64,000 nt of DNA from NCBI GenBank assembly GCA_918797485.1, contig CAKKNE010000001.1, positions 4,650,001-4,714,000 on the forward strand. Reading direction: 5' to 3'. The DNA is from Pelagomonas calceolata (lineage: Eukaryota). Shown piece after piece: positions 52,940 to 64,000 of this stretch. Under the pieces are notes generated by a model. It saw only the letters and a program-made list of their open reading frames with translations, ran no database searches and was not told the origin of the DNA. The translations under genes were made by a program, and so were the position numbers. The stretch's first letter is position 1, and each line of letters starts with the position of its first letter.

Positions 52940-54364
52940 ATGCCCTGCATCTCGTTAGGAGACTGGCAGGCCTCGGAGACGCCGGGGTTTTTGTGGGACA
53001 ATGTTGCGGCCGGTGGCGTGTTAGCCACGAACGTCTTTTTTAATATTGCGGTGTTACGATTAGCCACTTTGGCAGCAGGATGCCCCGCGCCCGAGGACGT
53101 CGACGAGGACCAGGGCTGCTCGAACAAGGTGTACGGATTAAAACCCTCATCATTCTTAACGACGATAATCATGTGCGGGCAGTTCTCCGCGACGGCGCTC
53201 ATGCCGTTGGTCGGCGCCGCGGTCGACTACACGTCGAAAAGGCGCCATTTAGGCGCCACGTCGGCCTGGATTCTATGCTTTACGACGCTAGGGCAAGCAT
53301 CCATCTCGAAACAAACCTGGTTCTACTGTTCGATAGGCATGGCGCTGTCCATCGCGTCGTACGTCTGCCATCAAGTCTCGGTGCTGTCCTACCTACCAGG
53401 ATTGAGCATGGTAAAACCGACGGAGCACGGCTGGGTTGATGATCCACAAGAAAGATATAAGATCAATTCCGTGGCGAACGCCGCCGCGCTAGCTACCCAA
53501 TTGTCGATCACTTTATTCGTCTCGAGCGTCGCCTTCTGGTTCGATCTAGGGGATACGGCGACGGCGGCCGTCGCGCAAGGTATTGTTGGGAGTTTGCTGT
53601 TTGTGGTCTACGCCTGCGTCTGGACGGGTAGAAGAGATCTAGTCAGTTGCGCCTTCCGCGACCACGCGCCGACCAAAGTCTTACCAGAAGGTGCCTCGTT
53701 ATTCTTAACTGCTTTAAATGAGGTCTGGAACAGCTGGACGACGCTGAAACGACGACGGCCGGCGGCGAGGTTCTTCTTGAGCGGGTACGCGTGTGCCGCC
53801 GCCGGCATGGGCTCCTTCGGGAGTCTGAGTGTCGTGTTCATGCACGATCGATTGCGGGTCGATGGTTCTACAACGGTCTTAGTGATGGCGCTCTGTGTTG
53901 TGTTTGCCGTGCCGGCGTCGGCGAGCGCACCGAGGTGCATGCGATATCTCGGAGCGCGCAAGACGTTGATATGTACCATAGCATATATGGTTTTGACAAC
54001 AATACTGGCGGCGTTCGTATTGTGCGGGCCGGCGTGTCGAGATCGGGTCTGGTTGTTCGCGCCGATCTGGGGCGTGGGGTTCGGCGTGTTCTATGCCGCG
54101 AACAACGCCGCGTGGACGGAACTGGTCCCGCCGGACGCGGTCGCGCAGTTCATGGCGTTGTACTACTTCGCGGCGCAAATATTAAGCTGGGCGCCGCCCC
54201 TAGCTTATGCGGTCCTGAACCAGGTGTACGACGACTCGCAGCTGGCGCTGTTCGTCACAGCTGCCTGGCTCGCGCTGTCGCTGCCGTTCCTGCGCATGGC
54301 GGGGGACCTGCAGGGGGAGAAGGAGGCGCTGATCCGGGACGCCTCCTCGGAGGCGTTGCCCTAA
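52940..54364 (+). CDS. MFS transporter (ATG22/UMF1-like)
   Basis: About 11-12 hydrophobic segments; LMPLVGAAVDYTSKRR, SYLP. Confidence 0.8.
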   Translation: MPCISLGDWQASETPGFLWDNVAAGGVLATNVFFNIAVLRLATLAAGCPAPEDVDEDQGCSNKVYGLKPSSFLTTIIMCGQFSATALMPLVGAAVDYTSKRRHLGATSAWILCFTTLGQASISKQTWFYCSIGMALSIASYVCHQVSVLSYLPGLSMVKPTEHGWVDDPQERYKINSVANAAALATQLSITLFVSSVAFWFDLGDTATAAVAQGIVGSLLFVVYACVWTGRRDLVSCAFRDHAPTKVLPEGASLFLTALNEVWNSWTTLKRRRPAARFFLSGYACAAAGMGSFGSLSVVFMHDRLRVDGSTTVLVMALCVVFAVPASASAPRCMRYLGARKTLICTIAYMVLTTILAAFVLCGPACRDRVWLFAPIWGVGFGVFYAANNAAWTELVPPDAVAQFMALYYFAAQILSWAPPLAYAVLNQVYDDSQLALFVTAAWLALSLPFLRMAGDLQGEKEALIRDASSEALP

Positions 54365-54400
54365 GTATATGTGTTGTTCGAACTTTACTCTGTAGTAGCT

Positions 54401-55798
54401 CTAGTTGCCTCGGCCCAGGCGCAATACCAAGTGCACAATTGCGCCGTCGAAGACCTTCGACTCGTAGAGGCGCTTCTCGTCCTTTAACTGCTTTCCTCTG
54501 ATTATCAAGCGCTGCTGCGCGACCGGGATATTCTTGCTGTCGCAAATCTTCTGCTTTAACGCTAGGACAGTATCACCGGGACGAACCTTCTCGCACCATT
54601 TCTGACCACACAGTGTGCGGACGTTAATCGTACAAAAGGCAGGGTCGCCGTTGAGACTGCCCTCGCGAAACGGGGAGCTGAAGTAAAGCCGGGCCTTGAG
54701 GTAGTAGCGGCTCGTGTTGTGCAAGAAACGAGCCTGGCCGAACACGTGTTCGAAAGCTCCCAAAGGTAGCGCGTTTGACAGCTGCGTGTGCTTGAACTGG
54801 AGCGGGTTGGAACGCGAACTTAAAGTATATTGAACCGTCTTGCCTTCTTCGTCGACGGGCGCAAGCTTGCCAAAGCAAGTAATGAGTTCACGGTCATTGG
54901 GACAGAGCGGCACTAACTCGAGGACTAAGCTATGAGTTTTTGTACCGTGTTCTGGACACTTGCGCACGAGCCAACTCAGCTGCATATCTAGGCCGCTCCA
55001 GACGCTGCACGACGCCAGCTCGATGGTCCGCGTCCCACTACCTCTGTAAACAGCGTTCAGCGCTTGGGCTTCCAGGGCGAAGTCCACGTCTACGACGGTG
55101 CAGTTTTGAAAGAACTTGAGCGAACTCGCCTGCTGCTCCAGCTGCGGTGTCCCTGCATCGTGACCATCAGTCCGGTTGCTGAGGGTCAACAAGCGCTCGC
55201 CGAGAGTGTTGTTATGTTCATTCACGGCGTTCACGTCGTCGACCGTCTCATCTAACAGGGCCTCGAGGCTCTCTATCTTCGCGCATGCCTCGGACGCGTG
55301 CTCGGCGGCCGCGTCGACGTAGTGCTGGGCGAGCTCCTTGCGCGTGCCCTTGAAGTCGCAGCCGTAGAACGGGCACGCGTGCGGCGCGAGCTGGCAGTCG
55401 TTCGCGAGGTGCCCTTTGTAGTCGGCGACGCGGCCAATCCACTTGCAGCAGTCGCCGGGGACGACCTCCTCCGGCGCGTCGGCCGCGCCCGTCCTCTGGC
55501 GCTTCGCGCCGCGCTCCTCCGCCGTCGCCGCGTCGGGGCCGTGGCAGCAGCGGATCCGGAGCTCGTCGAGCATGTTCTCGAGCGGTTTTGATGGCACGTT
55601 AAGCTCCGAGTCCTCGCGGCACGTCGGGCAATTATCGGGCGCCCGGGCGCGCGCGGCGGTGAGACACTCCGCGCAGAAGGTGTGGCCCTTGGAGCACGCG
55701 GTCCGCGGCTTTTCGAAGAGGTTAAAGCAAATGGCACACGTGAAGGATTCGACGAGCGCGGCCGCGCCTTCGACGAGCTTGGGGTCGATGTAACCCAT
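54401..55798 (-). CDS. RING + TRAF-type zinc finger + coiled coil + C-terminal ubiquitin-like domain
   Basis: CAIC..CSKGHTFCAEC..CPTC; C.WIG...HL..C..CPFYGC; ends IPVAQQRLIIRGKQLKD..IVHLVLRLGRGN. Confidence 0.82.
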   Translation of the reverse strand: MGYIDPKLVEGAAALVESFTCAICFNLFEKPRTACSKGHTFCAECLTAARARAPDNCPTCREDSELNVPSKPLENMLDELRIRCCHGPDAATAEERGAKRQRTGAADAPEEVVPGDCCKWIGRVADYKGHLANDCQLAPHACPFYGCDFKGTRKELAQHYVDAAAEHASEACAKIESLEALLDETVDDVNAVNEHNNTLGERLLTLSNRTDGHDAGTPQLEQQASSLKFFQNCTVVDVDFALEAQALNAVYRGSGTRTIELASCSVWSGLDMQLSWLVRKCPEHGTKTHSLVLELVPLCPNDRELITCFGKLAPVDEEGKTVQYTLSSRSNPLQFKHTQLSNALPLGAFEHVFGQARFLHNTSRYYLKARLYFSSPFREGSLNGDPAFCTINVRTLCGQKWCEKVRPGDTVLALKQKICDSKNIPVAQQRLIIRGKQLKDEKRLYESKVFDGAIVHLVLRLGRGN

Positions 55799-56119
55799 TT
55801 GTTGCAAATCGTAGTCTGACTTAGGACGAGTCTCCTGTACGCACCGCCTCGCCGCCGCGTCGCAAGGTTAGGCTAGCGTCAACACCAGTTTGGTCCGATT
55901 TTGTACTGTCTCTGACCGGCAGAGAAAAATGGCCGCTTTGGCGTGAAGATGACAGTGATTCGCCTCGGCGCGCGACGTCGGCGCGGCTGAGAACGCCTCT
56001 ATTGACCGGGCGCGCCAAAAAATCGCGCTGGAAAACCCGTTTTAATTTGCCCGACGCGTGCGACCTGTATAGACTGAATCAACTGGACAGAAAGAATTAT
56101 GCAAAAAAGGGACGAGCAA

Positions 56120-57937
56120 TCAGCCGCAGCCGCCGCAGCCGCCGCCGCCGCTGCACGAGTGGTTCTGGGAAGCGCGCTTCGCGGCCTCCAACTTGGCGTG
56201 GATAGCTTCTTTGTCGAAGCCCTTGTCGTAGAGTTCGCGCTTCTGGGGGTCGCCGAGGATGTCCAGTGCTTCGCCGAGCCGCTTGAAGACCTCGGCCTCG
56301 GCTTTCTGGACTTCTGGGGGAGCCGTCGCGTGCCGGTCCGGGTGGTGTAGGAGCGACTGCGCATGGTAGGCGCCCTTGATCTCGCGCTCCGACGACACCT
56401 GGCGGCAGTTTAAGAGAGCGTAGTAGTCGGGGCGCTTCGTCCGCCGCAGGTCGAAATCGGCCTGCTCGAAGGCATGCTTCACTCTAACATCCGACCCGCC
56501 CCAGCTCTCGTCGATGATGTCCTTCAGATGTTTTCGCGCCTCTGCGTGGCGACCGAGAGCGCGAAGCGCATTCGCCCGGCACAAGTGCGCGTCCACCAGA
56601 TCGTCGACGACGTACAACGCCGCCGCGCAGTCCTTGAGCGCGGCGTCGGCGTCGCCCGTGCGCAGTCGGCACGTCCCGCGCTCGGCGCGGCAGCGAGCGT
56701 ACAGTGGCGACCGCGCGGCCAGCACGGCGAGCGCGGGGAAGCCGTCCAATGCGGCCCCGGCACCTGCCAGATCGTCCGCGAGCAGCCTATCATAAGCGGC
56801 CGCTGCGTCGGCGAACGACCGCTTCGTCGCGAGGTCCCGCGCTTCTTTGCGCCTCTTCACCACCCTCAACGCCGCCCGCAGCGTCGCCTTCGGCGCGGCG
56901 CCGTCCGGATCGAGTCTTAACGCTTCCCGCAGGATCTCGACCGCCTGCGAGCCCTCGTCGCTGAGCAAGGTGGCGGCCCCGCGCACGACGAGTGCGGCTG
57001 GCCGCCAGCGCGCCGCGTCGGCGCGCCGCAGCACCTGGAGGCACAGCCGCAGGCACCGGTCGATCTTGCCGAGGCCGAGCTCCGCCGCCGCGGCGCCTAG
57101 AACGACCGGCGCCGACTCGGCGTCGCGGAGCGCGCCGGCGAAGGACGCCCGCGCATGCATGAGGTCGCCGTCGGCGAATGCTCGTCGCCCATCAGCGACG
57201 GCGGTGGCGACCCTGTCGACGCGGCGCGCCTCGTCGCCGACGGCCTGGCCGCCGCCGTTCGTCGCCGCGAAGTCACGAAGGCCGCGCTGCGCGTCCTCCG
57301 TGCGGCCCAGCTCGAGCAAGGCTCGCGCGCGCCGCGTCGCCGCGTTCGCGAGCGCGGGGTCCCGCCGCAGCGCCTGGTCGCAGTCCTGGACGCATTCTTC
57401 ATACCTATGCGCCATGAGGCGGCAGGCGGCGCGGTTCGCGAAGGCCTGGGCCCGCTCCGGCGCCACGGCGGCCGCCTTCGAGTAGAGCTCGGCGGCCTGG
57501 TCGTAAGCCCTTGCCCGGTACCGCTCGTCGCCTTCGCGCTTGAGGGCGTCGTAGACGTCGCCCTGCGACATGCCTTTCTGAAGGTGCGAGTCTGAGTTCG
57601 TGAGGTGTCCCTGGAGACTCCCGAGGTCCCCCGTCCAGGCGCAGCCCTGCTTGTGGAGGGGGCACCGCGTCTGTACCTTGGCGTAGCAGCGGAAGGCGAG
57701 CGGGTTCGCCTCCGAGAGTTTTGCGGCCGATGAACAATCGGACGCACGACACGTGGGACACAGGGCGTTCTGCTGCCGGTCGAGGCACCTGGCTACATAC
57801 TCTCCAATACAAAATTCGCAGAAGACGTGGCTGCACGCCAACGTCACGGGGCTCTCGCTCAGGTCTTGACAGATAGCGCACGAGAAGTGCGACGCGTGGT
57901 GCTCGTCGCTGAGGAGGTTGTCCTTGTTGATGCCCAT
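56120..57937 (-). CDS. RING finger + TPR + DnaJ protein (DNAJC7-like)
   Basis: CAIC..CSHVFCEFC..CPTC; TPR repeats; DYYALL..HHPDR..EALDILGDPQKRELYD. Confidence 0.88.
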   Translation of the reverse strand: MGINKDNLLSDEHHASHFSCAICQDLSESPVTLACSHVFCEFCIGEYVARCLDRQQNALCPTCRASDCSSAAKLSEANPLAFRCYAKVQTRCPLHKQGCAWTGDLGSLQGHLTNSDSHLQKGMSQGDVYDALKREGDERYRARAYDQAAELYSKAAAVAPERAQAFANRAACRLMAHRYEECVQDCDQALRRDPALANAATRRARALLELGRTEDAQRGLRDFAATNGGGQAVGDEARRVDRVATAVADGRRAFADGDLMHARASFAGALRDAESAPVVLGAAAAELGLGKIDRCLRLCLQVLRRADAARWRPAALVVRGAATLLSDEGSQAVEILREALRLDPDGAAPKATLRAALRVVKRRKEARDLATKRSFADAAAAYDRLLADDLAGAGAALDGFPALAVLAARSPLYARCRAERGTCRLRTGDADAALKDCAAALYVVDDLVDAHLCRANALRALGRHAEARKHLKDIIDESWGGSDVRVKHAFEQADFDLRRTKRPDYYALLNCRQVSSEREIKGAYHAQSLLHHPDRHATAPPEVQKAEAEVFKRLGEALDILGDPQKRELYDKGFDKEAIHAKLEAAKRASQNHSCSGGGGCGGCG

Positions 57938-58378
57938 CGTTACTTAACGGGCGCGTCGACGTCTACCCCGCTCAGACTGCCTCCACGCAAGGGGTGTGTT
58001 TAGGCTGCTCCTGGCTCTCAGGAGGAAATGAATGGGCTTCGAGCGTTGAAATTGAGGTTTAGTTAATCACTTTATCAGGGACTAGCCCGCAGCGGCGGAT
58101 TAATACGCTCTTTTTGGGTCTCATCCACGCATGCGGAGCTAGCGGCCGGTAAGACACTAGCATTGAAGCAGAGCTTGGACCAAAACGCCCTTAAGCGCGG
58201 CATCTACCAGCCATTAGTGGTTGCTGCGGTGCCTCTACGCCACCAGTATAGCTGCAGAACGACCACGCAAGTTTCGGCTGGCGAATCGCGGTCAAACCGG
58301 ACCTACAAGCACTTGACGCCTCAGTGCCTGTGCAAGAGCTCTCACGCGACGTACAAGAGCTGCTCACGCGACGTCAAC

Positions 58379-59047
58379 ATGACCCTCCGCGGCGTGCTCA
58401 CGCTGCTGCTCTGCGCCCACGCTGCGGCACTCGTAACACCACCGCGACGACGACAACACACGCTCTGTCAAGCGAAGAAGAAGGAAAAGAAGGGCTTTGA
58501 CTACAAGCCTCCGCCCAAGCCGCCGGCGAAAAAGGCCCTCACCGACGACGTCGGTGTGGCGGCCGCGACGACGCCCGAGGGCAACTCACAACTTTTGCAG
58601 ACCTTGCTGGCGGAAGAAAAGGACCGCGCCCAAGTGCAAACGGAAGCCATGGAGGATTTGAAGGAGCGCGACGCCTACGTCGCCGAAAAGGGAGTGGAAG
58701 CCGCAAGGGTGCCCGACGCCGTCGCCAATAGGATGATCCTGCGCATGGCGACGTTCGGGGGCGTCCCCGTGTTCCTGGGCATCGGCGTGTTTGTGTGGTT
58801 CTACTTCCAGGCGACAAATGAGGACAACGTCTTCCAGCCGACGGCGGTCGCGGCCGCGACGACCGTGCCCTGGGTGCTGGGGTTGTTGGGGATCGGCTTC
58901 GGCGCTTTGTCGGCGTCCTGGGACGAGGAGGACGAGGGCTCGGCGCTCGGCGTCGACGAGATCAAGCTGAACGTGGGGAGACTGGTGGACGGCGTCCAGC
59001 GCTCGGCGAAGGACGAGCTGATGCGCGAGAAGATGGATAAGGAGTAG
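58379..59047 (+). CDS. PAM68: PSII assembly factor PAM68-like, plastid-targeted
   Basis: VPDAVANRMILRM..GVP, two TM helices, ALSASWD..GSALG; signal peptide. Confidence 0.85.
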   Translation: MTLRGVLTLLLCAHAAALVTPPRRRQHTLCQAKKKEKKGFDYKPPPKPPAKKALTDDVGVAAATTPEGNSQLLQTLLAEEKDRAQVQTEAMEDLKERDAYVAEKGVEAARVPDAVANRMILRMATFGGVPVFLGIGVFVWFYFQATNEDNVFQPTAVAAATTVPWVLGLLGIGFGALSASWDEEDEGSALGVDEIKLNVGRLVDGVQRSAKDELMREKMDKE

Positions 59048-59116
59048 TTTTTCCTGGTCTGAAACCTAGCTCGCAGACGCCGTCGACGCGGAGCATCAAA
59101 ATTCATTTCTACAACC

Positions 59117-60184
59117 TTACCCGAACTCGACGTCCACCTCCCTTCGTTTCTCCAGCAGGTTCTGGAGGTAGAACTCGCCCGCCTTGTAGGAGGACCGGAC
59201 CATCGGCCCCGACGCGCAGTACTCGAACCCGAATTCCGAGACGGCCTCCTCGCGCAGCTCCTCGAAGACGTCGGGGTGTACATATTCCACCACGGATAAA
59301 TGCTTTTCCGTGGGTCTGAGGTACTGGCCGAAGGTCACGACGTCCACCCCATTAGCGCGCAGATCGGCCATGGTCCTTCGTAGTTCATCGCGCGTCTCGC
59401 CCAGACCCAACATCAATGAAGTTTTGGTCAGAATCGGTGAAGGCGCATCGACCGAGGCGGCCTTGGCCCGCCGCAACTGCATCAAACTTTGAGCGTAATT
59501 CGCGCGCGGGTCGCGGACCCGCGCTTGCAATCGCTCGACCGTTTCCACATTATGAGCGTAGACGTCCAAGCCGCACGTCGCTAGCGTGGTACAAGGTTCA
59601 TAGGCGCCCGCGAAGTCCGAAACCAAACACTCTACCAGTATAGATGGTTGTAATTCTTTGAGCAAATTCACAGTTTTGGCAAAATGACCAGCACCACCAT
59701 CATCAAGGTCGTCGCGGTCTACACTGGTAAGGACGATGTAGTCGACGCCCCAGGAGGCGACAGCCAAAGCGGCTTCCAAAGGCTCGTCGGCCGACGGCGG
59801 CGGCGGCGCCGTGTCGGTCTTGACGTTGCAGAACCTACACCCGCGCGTGCACGCCTCGCCCAGCAACATGATCGTCGCCGTGCCGCCCTCCCAGCACTCG
59901 CCCGCGTTCGGGCAGGCCGCCTCGTCGCACACAGTATTAAGCTTCCCGGCGTCGATGGACTTCCGTAATTCAGCGTAGCGGCTGCCGGGGCCGCCCGGGG
60001 CTTTTGCTTTGAACCAGCTCGGTCTTGTGTCGGGCATGGGCGCGAGGACGCTTGGCGTCCGGGGTGTTTTGAGGTGTAGCGTCTTCGCCTTCGGTGTTGT
60101 TGGGCGCACGCCCTCGAGGACGCCCGCGGCGCATCGCAGCAGGAGGACGAGTGGTACGCGTCGTCGTCGTCGGTGCGGCGGCAT
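59117..60184 (-). CDS. lipA: Lipoyl synthase
   Basis: [45 protein letters not shown]. Confidence 0.96.
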   Translation of the reverse strand: MPPHRRRRRVPLVLLLRCAAGVLEGVRPTTPKAKTLHLKTPRTPSVLAPMPDTRPSWFKAKAPGGPGSRYAELRKSIDAGKLNTVCDEAACPNAGECWEGGTATIMLLGEACTRGCRFCNVKTDTAPPPPSADEPLEAALAVASWGVDYIVLTSVDRDDLDDGGAGHFAKTVNLLKELQPSILVECLVSDFAGAYEPCTTLATCGLDVYAHNVETVERLQARVRDPRANYAQSLMQLRRAKAASVDAPSPILTKTSLMLGLGETRDELRRTMADLRANGVDVVTFGQYLRPTEKHLSVVEYVHPDVFEELREEAVSEFGFEYCASGPMVRSSYKAGEFYLQNLLEKRREVDVEFG

Positions 60185-60472
60185 ATTTTACCGCGGCCGG
60201 CGTCCCCGCGCGCGGCGCTGCTGATGCAGCGCACCTCCCTCAACTCCTGTAGAGAAGAGCAGGCTCCCGGCAAAGCGCTACCGCCTCTCGCACTCGATAA
60301 ATGAGTTGAGAATGGCTTCTGCCCTGATAAATGGCTGCGCAGTGGGCGTTTTGAGCACCACTTCAAGGCCGAGGCTGGAGCTACCTAGACTCATAGACCT
60401 ACTAGAGCCGTCGACGCGCCCCGCACGGATCGGCGACTAGAAATACGTTACCGGGCGACCGACAGACGAACC

Positions 60473-61114
60473 TCACGACAGCGATGCTTTCTTGATGTAC
60501 GACAGCCGCGGGAACGCCTCCTGCAAGTACGCGTTGCCCTGGGACGTGATCTTGCCCTGGTTCGGCTTCTCGCCGTACTCCGCGTTGAGCTTCAACGCCA
60601 CATCTAAGCCAGAAGTGACCTCGCCGATGGGCGAGAAGCCCTGCCGGTCGAGGAAGCCGTTGTCGCCGAAGTTGATGAACATTTGACTCGTGCGCGTGTT
60701 CGGGCCCGCCGTCGCAAAAACTAAAGTGCCCTTCTTGTTGCTGACCTTGACGGGGTCGTCTTTTAAGTTGGCGGCCTTGTACTTTTTATTTAGGGCCGGG
60801 TCTCCGCTCAGGCCGAACTGCACGATGAAGCCGGGCACGACTCTAAAGAATCTCGCTTCGTCGTAGAAGCCCACATTGATCAACTCCTTGAAGCGCTCGA
60901 CGCCAATGGGCGCCCACTCGGGCTTCAATTCTATCGTTATGGTCCCTTCGGTCGTTTCCAGGGTGGCGGTGTCGCCCTTGGCGGCTTGTGCTGGCAGCGT
61001 GGTTGCTAACGCGGCACCGGCCGACGCCTGCAGGACGTTCTTGCGCGTCGGTAAAGAGAGGCAGGCCACGCCGAGCAGGCACGAGGCAGCGACCGTGAGA
61101 GCTATTGTGCGCAT
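60473..61114 (-). CDS. Cyclophilin-type peptidyl-prolyl isomerase, probably plastid/thylakoid-targeted
   Basis: [38 protein letters not shown]; signal peptide plus TRKNVL..AQA transit-like segment. Confidence 0.9.
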   Translation of the reverse strand: MRTIALTVAASCLLGVACLSLPTRKNVLQASAGAALATTLPAQAAKGDTATLETTEGTITIELKPEWAPIGVERFKELINVGFYDEARFFRVVPGFIVQFGLSGDPALNKKYKAANLKDDPVKVSNKKGTLVFATAGPNTRTSQMFINFGDNGFLDRQGFSPIGEVTSGLDVALKLNAEYGEKPNQGKITSQGNAYLQEAFPRLSYIKKASLS

Positions 61115-61482
61115 CCTCTTTTGGGCGTCGCCGCGGCGGATAGGAGGCGCAATGGTGGTGAGCGCTGCGAGAGCGCTTCTTATCACTTGCCGGTCGTGCG
61201 GTAGAGTGCTATGCGGCACCCCTGCGATTGCCAGAGCATGCAGCGAGCTAGAGATGCATGGCCTCTAGCTTTTTTTACGCATACGTAGCGCTGCATACAG
61301 TCACAGTTGTGACCGGTTCTGCCACTCTACGGATCGCTTGGACCATCCCAACAACGGGCACAGCGGCGCGCGAACGCTAAACGCCGCCAGCTCTCCCACA
61401 ACACAAGTGCTCTCATTACTGCACACGCATCACAGCGGCGTAAAAAGACAGCGGCTCCCGTTCACAACCAGCTACTGGACCG

Positions 61483-62454
61483 ATGCGCATCATTCTGGTC
61501 ATCGCTGCGGGCGCGGCCGCCGTCGCCGTCGAGAAGCGCCGAGGCCGGGTGTCGTCGCCGCCGCTGCCACCGCAAAAGGTGCCCGTCATCGGCATCCTGG
61601 CGCAGCCCTCGACGCGCACGCCCTTCAAGCAGTACGTCGCGTCGTCCTACGTGAAGTGGGTCGAGATGGCTGGTGGTGTTGCGGTCCCGCTGAGTTATGT
61701 AGCATCCAATACAACCACCCTCAACCTATTGAAGCAGCTCGACGGCGTGCTCCTCCCGGGCGGCTCGAACCCGCCCCTGCCCGACGCCGCGCGCGTTTCC
61801 GTAGAATACGCGCTCGAAGCGGCGACGCGGAACGAGTCGTTTCCCGTCTGGGGGACGTGCCTCGGCTTTGAATGGTTGGTTGAGATTCTCGCGCCGGGGG
61901 CGTTGCAGACGGGGTTCGATGCGGAGAATATCAGCATGGCCCTGGAGTTAACGTCCAAGGCGGTGGCTTCATATCTGTTGGGCGGCGCGTATCAATCTAA
62001 GTTGAGGAGCGACCTCGCCACGCAGCCCCTGGCGATGAATAACCACTACCGGGGCATCGAACCGGCGCGCTTCGCGGCTGATCGTCGGTTAGCTTCGTTT
62101 GACGTTGTGTCGACGAACAAAGACCGGCAAGGGAGACCCTTCGTCTCGACCATTGAAAGCTCCCAAAATTTGTACGCCGTGCAGTGGCACCCCGAGAAAA
62201 ACGCCTTCGAGAACGCCCTGGCCGGGGACGGGACGCCGTTCGAAGGTATTAATCATGCGCCGGAAGCTGTCGCGGCGACGTTCGCTTTGGCGCAGTCCTT
62301 CGTGGGCCGGGCGCGCGCGTCGCGCCATCATTTTGTGGCGCGGGACGCGTGGCGCTTCGAGAATTGTGTTGTTGGTGAGAAGCACCGGCCGGACTTCGTC
62401 GGGGCCTACGACCTGCCGCTCGCTTGGGATGGGGGGGCGGCGCCTTGTGTATAG
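61483..62454 (+). CDS. GGH: Gamma-glutamyl hydrolase
   Basis: PVIGILAQP, YVASSYVKWVE, PVWGTCLGFE, VQWHPEKN. Confidence 0.92.
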   Translation: MRIILVIAAGAAAVAVEKRRGRVSSPPLPPQKVPVIGILAQPSTRTPFKQYVASSYVKWVEMAGGVAVPLSYVASNTTTLNLLKQLDGVLLPGGSNPPLPDAARVSVEYALEAATRNESFPVWGTCLGFEWLVEILAPGALQTGFDAENISMALELTSKAVASYLLGGAYQSKLRSDLATQPLAMNNHYRGIEPARFAADRRLASFDVVSTNKDRQGRPFVSTIESSQNLYAVQWHPEKNAFENALAGDGTPFEGINHAPEAVAATFALAQSFVGRARASRHHFVARDAWRFENCVVGEKHRPDFVGAYDLPLAWDGGAAPCV

Positions 62455-62461
62455 ATGTGTC

Positions 62462-63235
62462 TTACTTAGTCGCTCGCCAATAGGAGAGGATCTTCCAGAC
62501 GATGCCGTTGTCCCCCTGGCGGACGATGAAGTAGAGGGCTTGGCTCGACGCGGAAGCTTGGCTCCGGCGTCGTGCGCAAGGAAGCTTGGCGCGACCGCGC
62601 GTGACGAGGGAGCGGAGCCTCAACACCATTCGGTGCGGCGCGATGCAATGCGCCTTCCACGAGCCGTGCCTGCGCACGCTCGCGACCATGTCACTCATCG
62701 CAACAAAGTGCTCGTTCCTAGAGCCATACCCGTGTGTCTGTAGTAAAGCATCAAACGAATCATTGTTCCGGACAGAATCCAACGTTGCGCCCGCTCTAAG
62801 TAGTATCTCCAAGATCTTGACGTGGCACGGTTGAGCAGGAAATGCCCAAAACATCCTAGCGAGCGCTCTATGGCCATCATGATCTCCGGCATTTACGTTC
62901 GCGCCTGCAGAGACGAGCAGAGAAACAAATTCTGGGGCGAGCGCTCCTCGAGAGCCACAAGCAAAATGCAGTGCGGTGGCTCCCGACCACCTACTCACCA
63001 CGTCGAGGGCGGCTCCTCGGGAAAGTAGGTAGCGGGCAATCTCGAGATGACCCTCAGTGAAGAGGTGGCCACCATCTGTGCCAGTTCTCGCGATCCACAA
63101 GAGAAGCGGCCAGCCGTCGTCGTCGACGTCGTTTACGGAGCGCGGAGCCGACTCGCTTCCACCGGTTAGCCAAGTCTTGACCCGTTCGAAATCTCCTTCG
63201 GAGGCGGCCCGTCCAATTGCCTGAGGTAGCGCCAT
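62462..63235 (-). CDS. Ankyrin-repeat protein, same family as 72-1361
   Basis: GATALHFAC, LVSAGANVNA; tail VLRLRSLVTRGRAK..GIVWKILSYW parallels VLTLRALAIKGRAK..GVTGNVLSFW. Confidence 0.8.
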   Translation of the reverse strand: MALPQAIGRAASEGDFERVKTWLTGGSESAPRSVNDVDDDGWPLLLWIARTGTDGGHLFTEGHLEIARYLLSRGAALDVVSRWSGATALHFACGSRGALAPEFVSLLVSAGANVNAGDHDGHRALARMFWAFPAQPCHVKILEILLRAGATLDSVRNNDSFDALLQTHGYGSRNEHFVAMSDMVASVRRHGSWKAHCIAPHRMVLRLRSLVTRGRAKLPCARRRSQASASSQALYFIVRQGDNGIVWKILSYWRATK

Positions 63236-63583
63236 GCTGGCTGCCAGTGGCTCTGTGTAGCAGACGACGCCGCGGAGCGCAGTCTAGGCCGCGCGCGCGC
63301 CGCGACCCAAAACAGGTTTCCTCGGCGTTTTTGGTGCTGTATGTTTACGGCCTCAGCCGCGTGCTACGCCGCGTCAAACAACGTCAAACGACGCTCTACC
63401 GAAGCGCGCCCCGACGCCGCGACAATAAATACGTCAAGGTGGACTATCCACCACTGGACCACTGGACCACCAGTGCGAGAAACCCTGATAGAATAGCTGT
63501 TAAGCGGCCACCGGACGCCGGACGGGTTCGCATACACGCACGCTAGATCAGTCAATTTCAATTGCTCCTGATCGCGCGAAACC

Positions 63584-64000
63584 ATGGCCGCCTCGCGAGT
63601 GGAATCCCTGGCCATGAAAACATTCTCGGAGACGGGTTCGCCGCAAACGCAAACGGGCTCGCCGCCGACGCGGCAACGGCGGGCCTCGGCGCCCGCGCCG
63701 CCGCCGCCTCCGGCGCCGCCGCCGCCGCGCCGCGAGTCGGACCTGCCTCCGCCGCCGCCGCCGAGCGACTGCGGGCTCTTGTCCCCCGCGGCCAGCGACG
63801 AGCCCTACCCCCCCATGTCATGGGAGGAGGCGCACGCCCTCATCTCGGAGCCGCCATTGTCGCCCCCGGGCTCGCGGCCCTCCTCCTACGAGGAACCGAG
63901 TTTCCTCGGCCGCGTTTTCGCGTCCTGTTGCGCCGTGGACCCCGACCGGAGGGCGCGCAAGGCCGAGCGGTCCGACGAGCTCCAGCTGGAACGGGCGCGT
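63584..64000 (+). CDS. Partial proline-rich ORF running off the window end
   Basis: ATG at 63584 (MAASRVESLAMK...), poly-Pro, apparently open to the window end. Confidence 0.45.
   Translation, partial: MAASRVESLAMKTFSETGSPQTQTGSPPTRQRRASAPAPPPPPAPPPPRRESDLPPPPPPSDCGLLSPAASDEPYPPMSWEEAHALISEPPLSPPGSRPSSYEEPSFLGRVFASCCAVDPDRRARKAERSDELQLERAR

Noticed and set aside
58041..58115. GAGCGT...ACGCTC stem followed by a T-run, possible small RNA
   Set aside because: No C/D, H/ACA or tRNA motifs; lies in a divergent promoter region.

Overview
This is gene-dense, GC-rich eukaryotic nuclear DNA, most likely from a pelagophyte alga (Pelagomonas/Aureococcus-like). That is inferred from the introner-type introns, plastid-targeted PAM68 and cyclophilin, and the MYND-TPR and ankyrin families. 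It holds about 30 protein genes, including a DEAH helicase, ferlin, YJU2, NDUFS7, lipoyl synthase, gamma-glutamyl hydrolase and a 5'-truncated pyruvate kinase. The most striking signal is three hidden, disrupted tRNA genes. Two are circularly permuted (3' half upstream of 5' half, junction at 37/38): Ser-AGA with three ectopic introns and Leu-CAG with two. The third is a non-permuted Leu-AAG with a D-arm intron. All cut sites fall in archaeal-like bulge-helix-bulge (BHB) folds, some relaxed, and the two permuted genes share an upstream motif. The window also has a 4.4-kb DNA transposon (imperfect TIRs, 8-bp TSD) encoding a Dada/DUF6729-like DDE transposase fused to an OTU protease domain. Many spliceosomal introns look transposon-derived (introners), several with GC donors. 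All calls are by-eye; no database searches were run.
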